Below, one piece after another: positions 28,802 to 40,459 of a stretch of 64,000 nt of DNA. Source of the DNA: Paragordius varius (lineage: Eukaryota > Animalia > Nematomorpha); the NCBI GenBank assembly GCA_964247055.1, contig OZ176057.1, positions 868,001 to 932,000 on the forward strand, read 5' to 3'. The first letter of the stretch is position 1, and every line of letters starts with the position of its first letter. The position numbers and the translations under genes were made by a program. The notes under the pieces were generated by a model. The model was not told the DNA's origin and made no database searches. It worked only from the letters and a program-made list of their open reading frames with translations.

Positions 28802-30057
28802 TTACTCATGTTTTTTGTGACAATCACACTTGTTTGCCTGAGTTGTAGCAACATTTTCATCGTCGCCTTTCGCGTGTTGATGGTTTTCCACTTCATTCTC
28901 GGATTCATGATTTTCTTTCAAACCACCTTCATTTTCGATTTCTTTACTTTGCTCACTGGTTATATTTTCTGATTCCACCTCATGATTTTCGCTATCGGAA
29001 TGCTCTTCTTTAACATGGTGGCCGTGATTTTTAGTATCAGATATTTCACTATTATGCTCTATACTAGTTTCATGGTGTTTATGTTCCTCAACATTTTTTC
29101 CTGTTTCGTTTTCTGAGTTATTATTATTAACAGATGTTGTTTTCTTACGTTTAATGAATGTCAATTGCTTTTTTTGCACGGCACATGGTAAATTTTTTGC
29201 CTCCTTTGATGTGAATTTGGATTTATTAGCTAACACTTTTTTGGCATAAATTACATGGGCATCCCCTTTTGCTAAAAGTTTTTTGCCAATTATACCATGC
29301 TTTATATCTATATCTTCGTTTCCATGTTTTATGCCTTGAACAAACTTTTGCTTACCATGGTTTGTTTGCAATCTACTCGGTCCAAAAACATAAATTTTTT
29401 TAGTCTTTGTTATAACTTTTCGAAGTTGCGACTTGTCGTAATTTTTGTCATTGCCACCATAAACGTGTAGATGGTTGTTATGATTCACTTGTAAATTAGT
29501 TTTTTTATGAGAGAATTTACCGATTTCATTGGCATTTTCTTTAGCTAAATGGTACATATTTTTTGATATTACTCGGTTTTTGGATAATGTTTCTATCCTG
29601 CTCTTACCCGAGTAAGTATTTTGGTTTTGCTTGGCAATTAGTTTTTGTTTAATTCTGTCCCCATTAATGTTTTTCCCATGAATGATTTGATCACGATGGC
29701 TTATAACAACAGATTTACCCTTTAGTGTTTCGCCATCGTTCTGTCCTTTAATCAAATATTTCTGGGATTTGACCGTTTTTATTTCAATATTTTTGTTGTT
29801 AGAGTTCCGCTCTTTTTTAGCGCATCCACACTTACCTGCATATATTTGGCTTCCTGCTGATTTTAAATAAGCACCTAAAACTGTTTTATCATTTGTGACG
29901 TGGTGATCATTTTCGGATTTTTTGCGGGAGATGACATTTCCTGAATAATGAATTATTTTGGTTTTTTCTACACCATAATCCTTTGATAATCCCATATATT
30001 TCGCATTTCTACCGCCATTGCATGTACATTTGGGGCATCCACAATTACACGAACATC
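28802..30057 (-). CDS. Large terminal exon (418 aa) of a Lys/His/Asn-rich low-complexity protein with Cys clusters; basic N-part and acidic His/Glu C-part
   Basis: A 1.29-kb open frame in very AT-rich DNA. The ORF-track start is TTG in intron-like sequence; acceptor ttttatttcgaatag precedes GA-TGT-TCG (phase 1). AATAAA motifs lie downstream on the minus strand (e.g. 28618-28623). Confidence 0.82.
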
Positions 30058-30494
30058 CTATTCGAAATAAAAGACAAATTTTACCACGCAAACATAAAAG
30101 CTAAAAGTCAAATATTTTTTTTAATAAAAAGAAAACCATACTTTTTCAAACCTTGATCTTCCGTATAAATTAGTGATTTTCTTTTAAAAATGAAATAGAA
30201 TTGTATATAGGTAACACAATTAATATTTAACAATTTTAATTAGATAATTCATGGAGAAAAAAAATTAAGGCTTAAAAAGGAATGGTTGTCGTTTGAAAAA
30301 AATATTTATTGTCTTTATATTTTTAGGTGTCGTCCGTGTTTCACTATCTAATATACAGTACAGGTGAAAAATTATACAGATAAAATGAGAAAACTAATTT
30401 TATTATAAAAGATTTTTATTATTATACTTTAACTTTATTAAACAAATTATTTAAGTACAATGTTAAGAAATATAGTTGAAGGTGTTAATAAATG

Positions 30495-30688
30495 TACAGT
30501 ATGAGTAAGTAAATTGTTAGTTTTTCACTAATTGTTGCCAAATAGCATATACAGCAAAGGACAGTATTATTGGCTTATGGTTGTTTATTTCACTTTTTAC
30601 TATTATTAGCCAATAATAATTCTCTTTGCTGCATATGCTATTTAGCAAATTAATGAAAAATTAACAATGTATACTTATTCATACTGTA
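30495..30688. mobile_element. 190-bp foldback MITE (family B), TA-flanked, CAGT ends (Tc1/mariner-pogo-like)
   Basis: About 80-bp imperfect inverted arms tacagtatgagtaagt... / ...acttattcatactgta around a ~30-nt spacer. Confidence 0.75.
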
Positions 30689-30967
30689 TTTCTATTCAAT
30701 ATTTTACAACCCAAGAACGATAAGTTTTATCCAAAAATTAAGATTGAAAATATATGGTTGTTCCTTTTAAAAATTTATGGTAATTTTTTCTGTATAATTT
30801 GTTTTCAAAGATACATTGATAAATCGTAAAAGCAGAATTCTTTAAAATAAAACCATAATTTATTATGTTATCAATTCACATCTTCATATCATACTTTGCA
30901 TGTTTGTAAATTTAAGCATTTTGTATAATTTAACTGACACAAAAAGCAAATTAAGTTAATTAATTAC

Positions 30968-31063
30968 TATTTTCCGATTCTCTATATGAGAGATGTTTTA
31001 TAGGCTTGGGGTTTATTAGCTTGTATTTCTTTCGATTACATCCGCATTTAGGTGTAAGTATTT
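30968..31063 (-). CDS. Putative 96-bp phase-1/1 exon, xILTPKCGCNRKKYKLINPKPIKHLSYRESEN
   Basis: Acceptor ttttttttcgaatatag, donor gtaatt, length divisible by 3. The KCGC motif matches the terminal exon (GKCGCAKK). Confidence 0.55.
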
Positions 31064-31654
31064 CTATATTCGAAAAAAAATTAAATAATTGGTTTAAATA
31101 AACAGCAAAAACACATAGTTTGGTTCCAGTCACATTTTACCAGAAATATATTGAGTCGACATATATTAAGAGTAAAAATAGAACTAAAGAATGGTTTAAA
31201 TATAACCCTTAAAAAATAAACTATATACCGTCTTTAACGTCAAATTTACCCTTAAAAATTTTAAATTCACCCTAAAATAAATGTGTTTAGAATTACCTAT
31301 ATTTTTCTTATTGAAAATGAGAATTTTATTAAATTAACATAATAATGAAATGATAAACTATGCCAAAAAAACTTTTAAACGATGATAGCCTGTAAAACAT
31401 AAATTTTAGGGTGAATTTGGATTGTTCGACTATAAATTCGAATTTTTTGACGGTTGAATGAATGTTTTAGTTGTTAAACGTTATCTTATTGTATTTTAGT
31501 GGTAATAACATAAGAAGCAAGCATTTAGCTATTATAATATAAAAGTATGAAAAAAAAGGTTTGCCACCCTATTAAAAATTAAATTATACAAATAAACGTA
31601 ATAACCAAAAGGCAGTTGTGTTTTTTTTAACCACTATATTTTTGATACACCATT

Positions 31655-31988
31655 TACAGTTCAAATTCACCCTTGAACAATTCAAATTCGCTCTCGAATA
31701 ATTTAAATTCACCATTGAACAATTCAAATTCACCCTAATAATATATTATGTGCTAAACTTATATAACTCATTATTAATATAAAATATATCAATGTCATAG
31801 TTTATTATTATTTCAGTAATATTTTCATTGAGATAATATTTATTTTTTAAAAATATATAGTAATTTTAATCTTAAAAACATTTTCATCTGAGGGTAAATT
31901 TTAATGTTTGAGGGTGAATTTGAATTGTTCGAAGATGAATTTAAATTGAATGGTGAATTTGAATGTTCACGGGTGAATTTGAATTGTA
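31655..31988. mobile_element. ~330-bp MITE (family C) with ~21-bp subterminal tandem repeats; decayed relatives near 31240-31430, 33010-33235, 39271-39590 and 59115-59430
   Basis: TA-CAGTTCAAATTCACCC... and ...GGGTGAATTTGAATTG-TA ends, with four ttcaaattcaccc-like repeats in each arm in opposite orientation. Confidence 0.7.
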
Positions 31989-32155
31989 ATGCTATATTAA
32001 CCTATTGTTAAAAATTGCAAATTATATGATGAAAATTGTTTACGTAATTAAATAATTGTTTATGGATATTTGAATCTTAAAGTTTATTCTTCGTAATTTT
32101 TACTTTATATTATAAAAATTACAAAAAATAATTTTTTTTAAAAAAAGAATAATAC

Positions 32156-32245
32156 GTTTTGTAGTTTTTAGACACGGGCGGGTTGGTCTTGTAGGTGTCT
32201 TTGTGGTGGTTTCTTTAGTTGTTTTGCAGTGTTTAGTTGTAGGAG
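32156..32245 (-). CDS. 90-bp phase-1/1 Thr/Lys/Pro/Cys-rich exon, xPTTKHCKTTKETTTKTPTRPTRPCLKTTK
   Basis: Acceptor aatatattag, donor gtatta, 30 codons, GC-richer than its flanks, same composition as the other cassettes. Confidence 0.72.
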
Positions 32246-32832
32246 CTAATATATTTAAAAAATGTGTTTTACTATTCTCTAATAGCTAAATCCTATTTTT
32301 TGCAATTATAAAATAGCTAATATAAATTTTTTTTAAAAATTTATATATTAACAAAAAATATTAGTGGAATTAACAAACCATTAAAAGCTAAAACAAATGT
32401 TTTTAAGTATGGGCTCCAAAAGTTTCATTTCAAACCCTCTAAACTAGGCAAGTTTTACTCAAATAAAAGCAAAAATGCCGAGATTGCACGGTAAAAAATT
32501 CAATTTAATCGTTGACATGAATATAAGTTATTTTAAAACAACTGTTAAGATTTAATTTTGTTATATTTTACGGCATAAAGGATATTTAAATCACTTTAAG
32601 ATAGTTTATAGTTTAATTAATTTTAAATATTCATGGTGTTGAAGCTTATCACCTCATGATTTTTATTAAATTTTAAAAATTACAATTTATGATTAACTTG
32701 GATTTCGACCAGATCTTTAACAGCATCGAATTTTTGCAAAACTATATTTTATTACTTATCATTCGTTAATACATCGGGTTTCCGAATGAGTTTTATGATT
32801 TTGCTTGCAAAAAAATAATAAAAGCTCCTTAC

Positions 32833-32967
32833 ATTGTGTAGTTTTACAGGGCTTTGTATGTCTTGTGGGCCTGACGGTAGTCGGTTTCGTTTTCCGTGTA
32901 GTAGAAAGCGTAGTGTGACAAGTTTTTTTTGTGGTTCGAGTACATGGTCTTTTTGTCGTTGTGGCTG
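32833..32967 (-). CDS. 135-bp phase-1/1 Thr/Lys/Arg/Cys-rich exon, xATTTKRPCTRTTKKTCHTTLSTTRKTKPTTVRPTRHTKPCKTTQ
   Basis: Inside ORF 32759-33004. Acceptor tactcttag, donor gtaagg, 45 codons. Confidence 0.78.
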
Positions 32968-33699
32968 CTAAGAGTACAGTACAAACAAAAATTTTATGTA
33001 ACATAAAATTGAAAATTTAAATTTACCCTAAAATAAATTATGTTTTTTTTTAAAATTAAAAATTACCTAAAATTTTTTCTAATTAAAAAAAATTATACTG
33101 GAAAAATAACAAACTATGTTATCAGGCTAAATTTTTTTAATAGTTAGTTATATTAGCCCGAAATCACATAATTTATTTTTGGGTTATTGTTCAAGGGTGA
33201 ATTTGAATTGCTCAAGTGAATTTAAATTGTAAATGGTATATATAACTTATCTGATTATAGAAAAATAAACACAGTTCTAAAACATTGTAACCTATGGTTT
33301 TGGTTTGCCCAATGCATAATAAATTCGAAACTGCAAATGGGTTATTTACTTGGACCTTATTTATTTGCTTCTAATATTTTTGCCTTATATTTTTTTAATA
33401 GCCATAATTAGTAAAAACATGTTTTATTTAATTTATGAAGATTTCGCAAACAGTTCGCTAAAAAATTTTGACCGTATGGGCACATTTTGGAAAATCATGA
33501 GAATTTTTATACAAGGGATAAAGCGTTTTAAAGAAAGTTTTACCATGCTTATTCAAATTTTTACGAGGTCCTAAAATATTTTTAAAACATATAAGAAATT
33601 GGATTATATACAAGTGTCAACATCTTAACTTATTTTAAAATGAGCATATCAATATCTTCATTTTAAGAACCTTAATTTACACACCATGATATGCCATTT

Positions 33700-34010
33700 T
33701 TCAGTTAAAAGCAACATTTTTCCATTCAAACGCTTTATTTTAACCAAATGCAACAATATTTTAAGCAGAAGCAAAATTTTTTTTCTAAACACAACACTTT
33801 TTTAGGTAAACGCAAGCCTTTAAAAAAGCAATATTTTTCCAGTTGCTTTGCTTGAAAAATGTTGTATTTGCTTGAATATATGTTGCGTTTGCTTGAAAAT
33901 TGTTGTATTTGCTTGAAAAAGTTGCGTTTGGTTAAAAATTGTTTGTTTGTTGAAAGAATTTTGCGTTTTCTTGAAAAAATGTTGTTGTTGCGTTTGGATG
34001 ATAAACTGTT
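33700..34010. repeat. Foldback-like element made of ~20-bp tandem subrepeats in inverted orientation
   Basis: tgttgtatttgcttgaaaaa-like repeats at 33860-34000 and their complement (aaaagcaacatttttc, aaatgcaacaata) at 33705-33835. Confidence 0.5.
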
Positions 34011-34061
34011 GGTTTTGGTTTAGACTGAAATATGATATATTAGAAATTGATTTGATGTTAA

Positions 34062-34321
34062 TACAGTAAAAATTTAAATTATACAGATAAAACGTAAAAA
34101 TATAAAAAATAATTTTTTCTAAAAGACCACCATGCTTTTTAAATATTAATTTTATATAAAAAATTTTTTTAAATTCAAAATCTTGATATGTAGATTGGTA
34201 ACACAGTCAATTATACATTTTAAAACTTTGTCTTTAAATAATATATATGAAAAAACTAGGGTTACAAAAATATGGTTGTCTTTTGATACGTTTTGCCCGT
34301 ATAATTTCAGTTTTTACTGTA
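34062..34321. mobile_element. ~256-bp MITE (family A), TIR beginning CAGTAAAAA(C/T)T(G/T)AAATTATAC, TA-flanked; related copies or ends near 30075-30330, 30359-30805, 34340-34613, 40175-40444, 45995-46267, 51820-52090, 60055-60325 and 62160-62255
   Basis: TA-CAGTAAAAATTTAAATTATACAG at 34062 is inverted to gtataatttcagtttttactg-TA at 34321; the subterminal aaggttt...atatggttgt motif recurs. Confidence 0.65.
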
Positions 34322-34629
34322 GGATTTATTTTAATAAAAAAACTGAAATTATACAAACAAAACGTAATAAACAAATATTTTTTTTCGAAACACCGCTGTA
34401 CTTTTAAAATTCATTTATTAGGTTTAACTCATGATTTAAACTGCAAATAAAATTTACATGGAAATTGGTAGAACAAAATCATTAAAGCATTTTTAATTAA
34501 ATTGATTTTTATAGGAAAAACTAAGGTTTAAGAATGTATGGTGTTTTCAGAAAAAAATATTTATCTTTAGATTTTTACGATTTGATTTGTCTGTTTAATT
34601 TCAATTTTTACTGTTTTCATAAAAATAAC

Positions 34630-34782
34630 TTGTGGTGGGAGGACGTGTTGGTCTAGTGCGTTTTGTCGTACAAGTCGTTTTCGTTGGCTTAGTTTTGCAT
34701 GTGGTTTGAGTTGTCCTTCTGCATTTCGTGGTTCTTTTTGTCGGGCGTACCGTCGTACATGGTGTAACAGTTGTAGTTATTT
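34630..34782 (-). CDS. 153-bp phase-1/1 mucin-like exon, copy 1 (xITTTVTPCTTVRPTKRTTKCRRTTQTTCKTKPTKTTCTTKRTRPTRPPTT)
   Basis: Inside ORF 34601-34837. Acceptor ttcttag, donor gttatt, 51 codons, four Cys. Confidence 0.78.
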
Positions 34783-35020
34783 CTAAGAAAAATAATTTAG
34801 ATAACTTGTAAATGTGCGATATCTCCAAAGTTACCAAGGTAATGTTAAAGGAATTGGAAAATAGTTTAGCAGTGGTATTTCAACCGCGGCCCTTAAAATA
34901 ATTTTTTATTATTTATTAAATTTTTAAATAAGTATGAAAATCTGCAAATGCTCTGTGAAACTTATATGAAATTTTCACCGGTATTATATTATATGGTGCA
35001 CGGCCCTTGAGGTACGATAA

Positions 35021-38000
35021 CTCTAATCAGTCAAAAAACTTACGCCTCTCATGAGGCGGTTGTGATCCATCACAATCAGATACCACAATACTAAGGGTAA
35101 CTTCCAAACCTGTCGATTATAAGAAGCGCTCACCTTTTTATATTTGTTTTTGTAAATATTAAAGAGATTTTTTCATTCGCACGCACGCCTTATATATATA
35201 TATATAAATATTTATAGAAAGATTTTTGGTTTACGCCCTCTCGAAAGTAACGATTTTTTAAGCTTCATCATTCATGTCAAGGTTTCCTCTACCTCTTCCC
35301 TCATCTTGATCCAGGCTCTTAGAGACATATCATGTTTCGCGTGAACATTATTTTGAATACCCTTGTATGTGCCTGTTCGATGCCCACATCTTCTTATCGG
35401 ACACATGAACTCACCGTCACATGTTTGAAGGCTTCTTTTTCACGAGGAGGAAGGTTTGCTGGGGTCTAAATTAGATCTGATGAGACGGTTATTTACCTAT
35501 TGGGACTGGGATCATCGTTCCGAACGATATTTCATGGACATTATTTTGGTGGTTTTTATGCCACTCTACAGTCTTGTATGATTTAGAGCAACCAGCAACC
35601 CCAGATGGGTTTGGATTGCTGCTCTCCCCCTTTCCTTGGCCATATGAATGACCGTAACATGTTTTTTCGTATTCTTTTCGTTTGAGAATTTAACCGCACA
35701 CCCATTAACTGAACAGGATACTGAGGCGACTGTTTGTAAAGGTAAGTTAGTGACAGGAGTTAAGTCATTTGATTTCTTTCCAGGATGCGCAAACTCAGGT
35801 AATTTACCACTCTGCACAATTGCCCGTTTAAAATCCTCAAGATTTCGACATTCGACTTCGTGTATACGAAGTGACCCGTTATTACCATTGTATAGCACAA
35901 ACCAGTCCAGATCTCGTTGGACATAGCGCTCCCATCTTTGCCTACAGCGTGCTCGGACTTTTGTTTTACCCAGCACCCCATTGTATAACTGAGCTGCTAG
36001 TTCAGAAGTTTGGCCGAGGCATAGCTTCTGAACCAGCGAAGCCTTCTACTGCCCAACAGTTTATTCACATATGGGAGCTTTACCGCTGACCGGAGACTTG
36101 GAACGGGTACCTTATCTGATCGTGAAACACCCACACACGTTCTAATACAGTCATTGAAACTATCCAATTTATTCACGTCTGCCTTAGTAGTATTCCACGT
36201 TTCACAGCCGTACAATAGAGATGGAACTACGAAATCCATTATCAGCTGCCGTTTTATCTTGTTGGGAATTTTCCTGCTTTCTAAGATAAGTTTCACTTTA
36301 CGCAACACTACCCTCGCTTTTACTATTCTCCTTGTGATTTCACGGCTGACACATCTCTTCCTACTGATCTCAGACCCAAGGTACGTAAGGCTATATACGT
36401 TTTCAATTACAGACGTTTCTAGCATTATGAGTAGGTTGTCGTTAGAGCCCGTCAATTCTAAGACTTTTGATATGCTCATCGAAATTAGGATACCATATCG
36501 TTTAAACGTGGAGTTTAAACGTTATGCCAAGGAAAGTTCGCTTCGATTGTTACTGTCTATCATGATATCATCAGCGAATGCTAGTATCTTCACTCCAGGA
36601 GTGCTCTGACTACAAGGGATTGCATTTATTTGAGTGATACTAATAGCTTCCAGCTGAAGATCAGCACGAAGGCATGACTCTAAAAAGATATCAAACAGGG
36701 CATGTGAGAGTCTGCACACTTGCCGAACCCGTTCAAGTTTGAACCATCGACTTTACTCTCGCTTTATTGCCTTATTTAATTGGCTAGAGCATTAGTAACT
36801 TCGGAGCGCAGAGCGCTTTCACCAGACAGTCCATTCATGCCCCATGAGGAACGCTATCGAACGCCTTCTCAAGGTCAATACACAAAGCACCTCTGTATCG
36901 GCTATTCGAGATTTTTCTTACACCCTTCGAGGGGTGAATATTATGTTACAAGTAGATTTCCGTTCACTGAACCCGCATTGGTCATCCCCACTTGTTTGGT
37001 CAACGTCTGCAATCGTTCGTTCACAATGCCAATAAAGATCTCCCCATCAATGTTGAGTAAGGAGATGGGACGATATGATTTGGGATCAATCGTCTTACCC
37101 TTATTCTTATATATCGGACATATCTCCGCGACTTTCCAATCTTCCGGAATGCAGCCCGTCCCCCAAACCCTTTCGAATATGCCTTTTAGGCATTCAAGGA
37201 CCGATTCACCACCCGCATGATACAATTTAAGGGCTATACCACCCTCACCGCTACTCTTTCCGAATTTCATCTTCCATAACCGTTCGATTTCATCTCTTCC
37301 GCGGACATTATCGTTACCTTACACACCGCTAGCGAACAATGATTCACCAAAGATGTCATCACCACATTTACGATACACTGATTCGTAGTATGTGGCTATA
37401 TCTTCCACATTAGCATACGAACTCTTACCCGTGCCCAGCCACTTGTTGCAGGTGTTAACCACCGCATTCAAAATTACAGAGATACTTTTAGAATTTTTGT
37501 TCACTAGACAGTGCCCCACTTCTGTGGCTTTCTTCTCTAACCATTCTGACTTAAGGGCGTAAAAGTTTTGTTTTAGAAATTTGTTTAGTCCTTTGAATGA
37601 AATCTTTCACTTTGAGTGGCTTTTCCAATAAAGATTGCTTTACGTTTCTGTTTGGTGTTAATGTCAACAAAAAATTTTTCTTTGTGGACCCGGCAACTCG
37701 TTCAACCCAGTCTTCGGAAGGAATATATTTAATTAATGCACTAACGTTGTTACATCAATTTCCCCACTGTGTGAACCAAACCTTTCTTTTACGTTGTGTT
37801 CAAAGTTCCCTCTCAATTGTTTGTTAGTGACCAGGGTTAGAAGTTCATCTTAAGTTGGCCTCTTCTGTCGAGGTAGATCCTTTTTTGGACGAGTTCTTTG
37901 CCTTGCACTGACAAATTTTTCCAACATCAACCTGTGAGTCCCGTAAGGTAACTTTCATCATCCGTAACCCAGAAACTAATTCTCCTGAACAAGTATCTGA

Positions 38001-38965
38001 TTATGGGCAAAAATTATGCTAGGGTGTACCCAAGTGACCTTTTTCCAATAAGGTTTTAGGAAAACGCTTCCAACAGCCTTAAGACTATGTAGATTACATA
38101 TAACGAGGAGATTACCGTTATTGTTTCCCACACGATTTCTGGCAATGTTTAGTTTCCAACATGCTATTAATTTAGCCTGAATCGATTTGAGCGTTGAAGT
38201 CACCAAGTACCATATATAGTGATTTTATGTCCAGTTGATCACCAAGATTAGTATAAAATTCCGAATTTTTAACCACTTTTACCGACTCGACAGGAGAATA
38301 GACCGACAAAATCGTTACATCATATTTTTCAATCCTCAGCGTAGCAATTCTTGGACTAATGTCATCAAATTGGCTATTCTCGGCAATATCCTATTTGATA
38401 GGGACCCGCATCCAAGTGTGCCCGCCTTATCACTTGAACCAGTAAGGAGCCTGTATGATAGGAGTTCCTTGTCTATCCCCCCTGCATCTATGGCATTCCT
38501 GTACTGTGAGAATGTGAACGCCTTTCTTCTCCGCATCAACTGAAAGTTCTATTTCGTGGAGCTTACACCTCAGGCCGTTGACATTCAGGGTACCTATTTA
38601 TATGCTTCTGTTACTAGAGCCTGGTCCCACTCTTTTTTCTCGGATCGTTCTAGCAGGATAACTGTTTTATAGTATATTCGAATTAATAGTAGTTTTATAA
38701 ATCATGATTGCTTTGAATAGGCAATGCTAACTGTGAGTTATGGGTTCGCCAGACCCCGAGAACTCAAGCCTACCTTCAGTTACATAGCCCTGTGCATGGA
38801 CTGCTTGACCAGCTAGGATAATACCGGTATCGGTTTGTTGGAAGTTAGTCTCCTCCTTCCAACCCTTCACCTGTTAGACTTGCCTGAACCCCGTTTGCAG
38901 TCATTAAAACGCTGACTTTGCCCGCCGGATCACCACTTGGAGGTGGGGTAGGACTCTTATACAGC
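35021..38965 (-). mobile_element. RTE-like non-LTR retrotransposon, copy R1, near full length (~3.95 kb), inactivated
   Basis: Fragmented ORF with APE region (~38200-38580), YRPISLL, FADD, PSLLYGCETW, RRLRWF and C-terminal C2H2 motifs. Bounded by direct repeats TGAGGTACGATAA (35008-35020) and TGAGGGACGATCTAA (38966-38980). Confidence 0.9.
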
Positions 38966-39119
38966 TGAGGGACGATCTAATTTTTGACGCCATTTAAAAC
39001 TTTTTTGATGAGTAGCACTGGTACTGAGTCTCTTTTTTTAAATTTTTATTAAAGTTTAAGGACTGTATTAAACTTATGAGAGCCTTACGCCTGCCTGCTT
39101 AGAGTGGGAAATTTCACAG

Positions 39120-39195
39120 TTTTGGAATTGTAAATCTGGCACGCCAGACAGGCAGTATAAGAGTCCAGTGTCCCATCTACTAAACCATCACGCCC
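39120..39195 (-). other. Degenerate tRNA-like / SINE-head-like sequence (copies near 44938, 50761, 58978 and 60910)
   Basis: The 60.9-kb copy reads GGCATGATGGTATAATAGGTAAGACGCTGGAATCTTACCTAGATTTCGAATTCC, with an A-box-like TGGTATAATAGG and a B-box-like TTTCGAATTCC. It does not fold into a full cloverleaf. Confidence 0.3.
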
Positions 39196-39944
39196 AACTC
39201 TCAAATAGTATTTGCACATAATATACTTAACATTTTAACAATTATTACTTATATTACGGAATATATTATTTACAGCTCTACCTCGCTCTTAAACATTCAC
39301 CATTGAACATTTTAAATCCATTCTTCATTCAAAATTCTTGGACCTATTTATAATCATTTTTAAATATCAAATTTAACCCCAAGAATAAATTAATTGTTAT
39401 TGGGTTAATCTATTTCATTATTGATTTAAAATTTATTTAGATGGCATAGTGTTTATAATTTTACCGATATCACATTAATTTTATACAAAGTTTTATTTTT
39501 TAAAAATATCAATTAATATACGTAATTTTTCATTAATTAAAACATAATTTATATTAGAACGAATTCAAAGTGTTAAAGGGTGAATAGAATTGTGAGGGGG
39601 AATTATGTGTGGGTGATATAGATAAGAATTTTAGATAATATTGATTCCGTAATGGACACTGTTAATTGTTTATAAGAACCTTAACTTAAATTATTATTAC
39701 TTATATGGATAATTAATATAAACATCATTGACATTGTATTTAATAAATAGCAATTTTTTAATCGCCTATCCTTTTATAAAATTTATAAATAGACCTGTAC
39801 AACCACAAAGTAGTAAGTCATAAAATGAACTCAATTTAATCCAATGAATTATCTTTTATTTATACTCTTGGTTGTCTATCCTAATTATAATAGAAACAAT
39901 GAAATTCTAGCTTTCTGCAAAAACTATTTACATTATTTCCATTA

Positions 39945-39985
39945 GTTACATAAGGAGCATCCATCTTTATCAAAACAAAACCCTC
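39945..39985 (-). pseudogene. Antistasin exon relic with frameshift and stop (identical copies at 45765-45805 and 51588-51628)
   Basis: Reverse complement GGTTTTGTTTTGATAAAGATGGATGCTCCTTATGTAACTAA aligns to the intact exon with a 1-bp shift and TAA. Confidence 0.68.
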
Positions 39986-40459
39986 GGTTTCTAGTTCCTA
40001 TAATTTCAGTTTTTACTGTAAGTTTTATTTCACTAATAATCTGCTATTTAACAATTTGGAGTTTAGGGGTGTACTTTATCCTTAGAATCAAATAATCTTA
40101 AATACCAAAGACCCCATAAATAACTATGAATAAAAAAATAAACTCATAAATATTTTAAAAAAACTCGGTATATAAAGTAAAAACTGAATTCAAACAAACA
40201 AAACTTTAAAAATATACAAATACTTTTTTTCTCGTAACATAGTTCGTTTAAAATTTGATTTTTAAAATTTTAACTCATGAGTTACAGCAAATAATTGAAT
40301 ATAGATGGAAATTGGCAGAACACAATCTGTAATTTTATTGTAATTAAATAATAAATTTAGCTAAAAATATGGTGTTCTTAGAAAAAAATTTATCTTTACA
40401 TTTTTACGATTTGATTTGTCTATATATTTTCAATTTGTACTGTATTCATGAAAAATAAC

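Noticed and set aside
28781-28972. 63-aa hydrophobic plus-strand ORF, and similar ORFs at 33350, 34183, 34247, 59156, 61243 and 63363
   Set aside because: These are antisense or AT-rich chance ORFs dominated by F/I/L/K/N with no motifs; several lie inside MITEs.
31003-31052. Plus-strand AG...GTAAGT exon-like segment
   Set aside because: It overlaps the better-supported minus-strand phase-1 exon, and there are no partner exons on the plus strand.
34520-34590. Short basic terminal exon (DKSNRKN...) after each mucin exon, and DSETRTTPKN near 30260-30347
   Set aside because: It coincides with the family-A MITE terminal repeat, and stops and frameshifts differ among copies.
32156-34782. Naming the Thr/Cys/Lys exons as Drosophila Sgs3 or Chironomus Balbiani-ring orthologs, or assigning a species
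   Set aside because: The similarity is compositional only; no diagnostic sequence supports orthology or a taxon.
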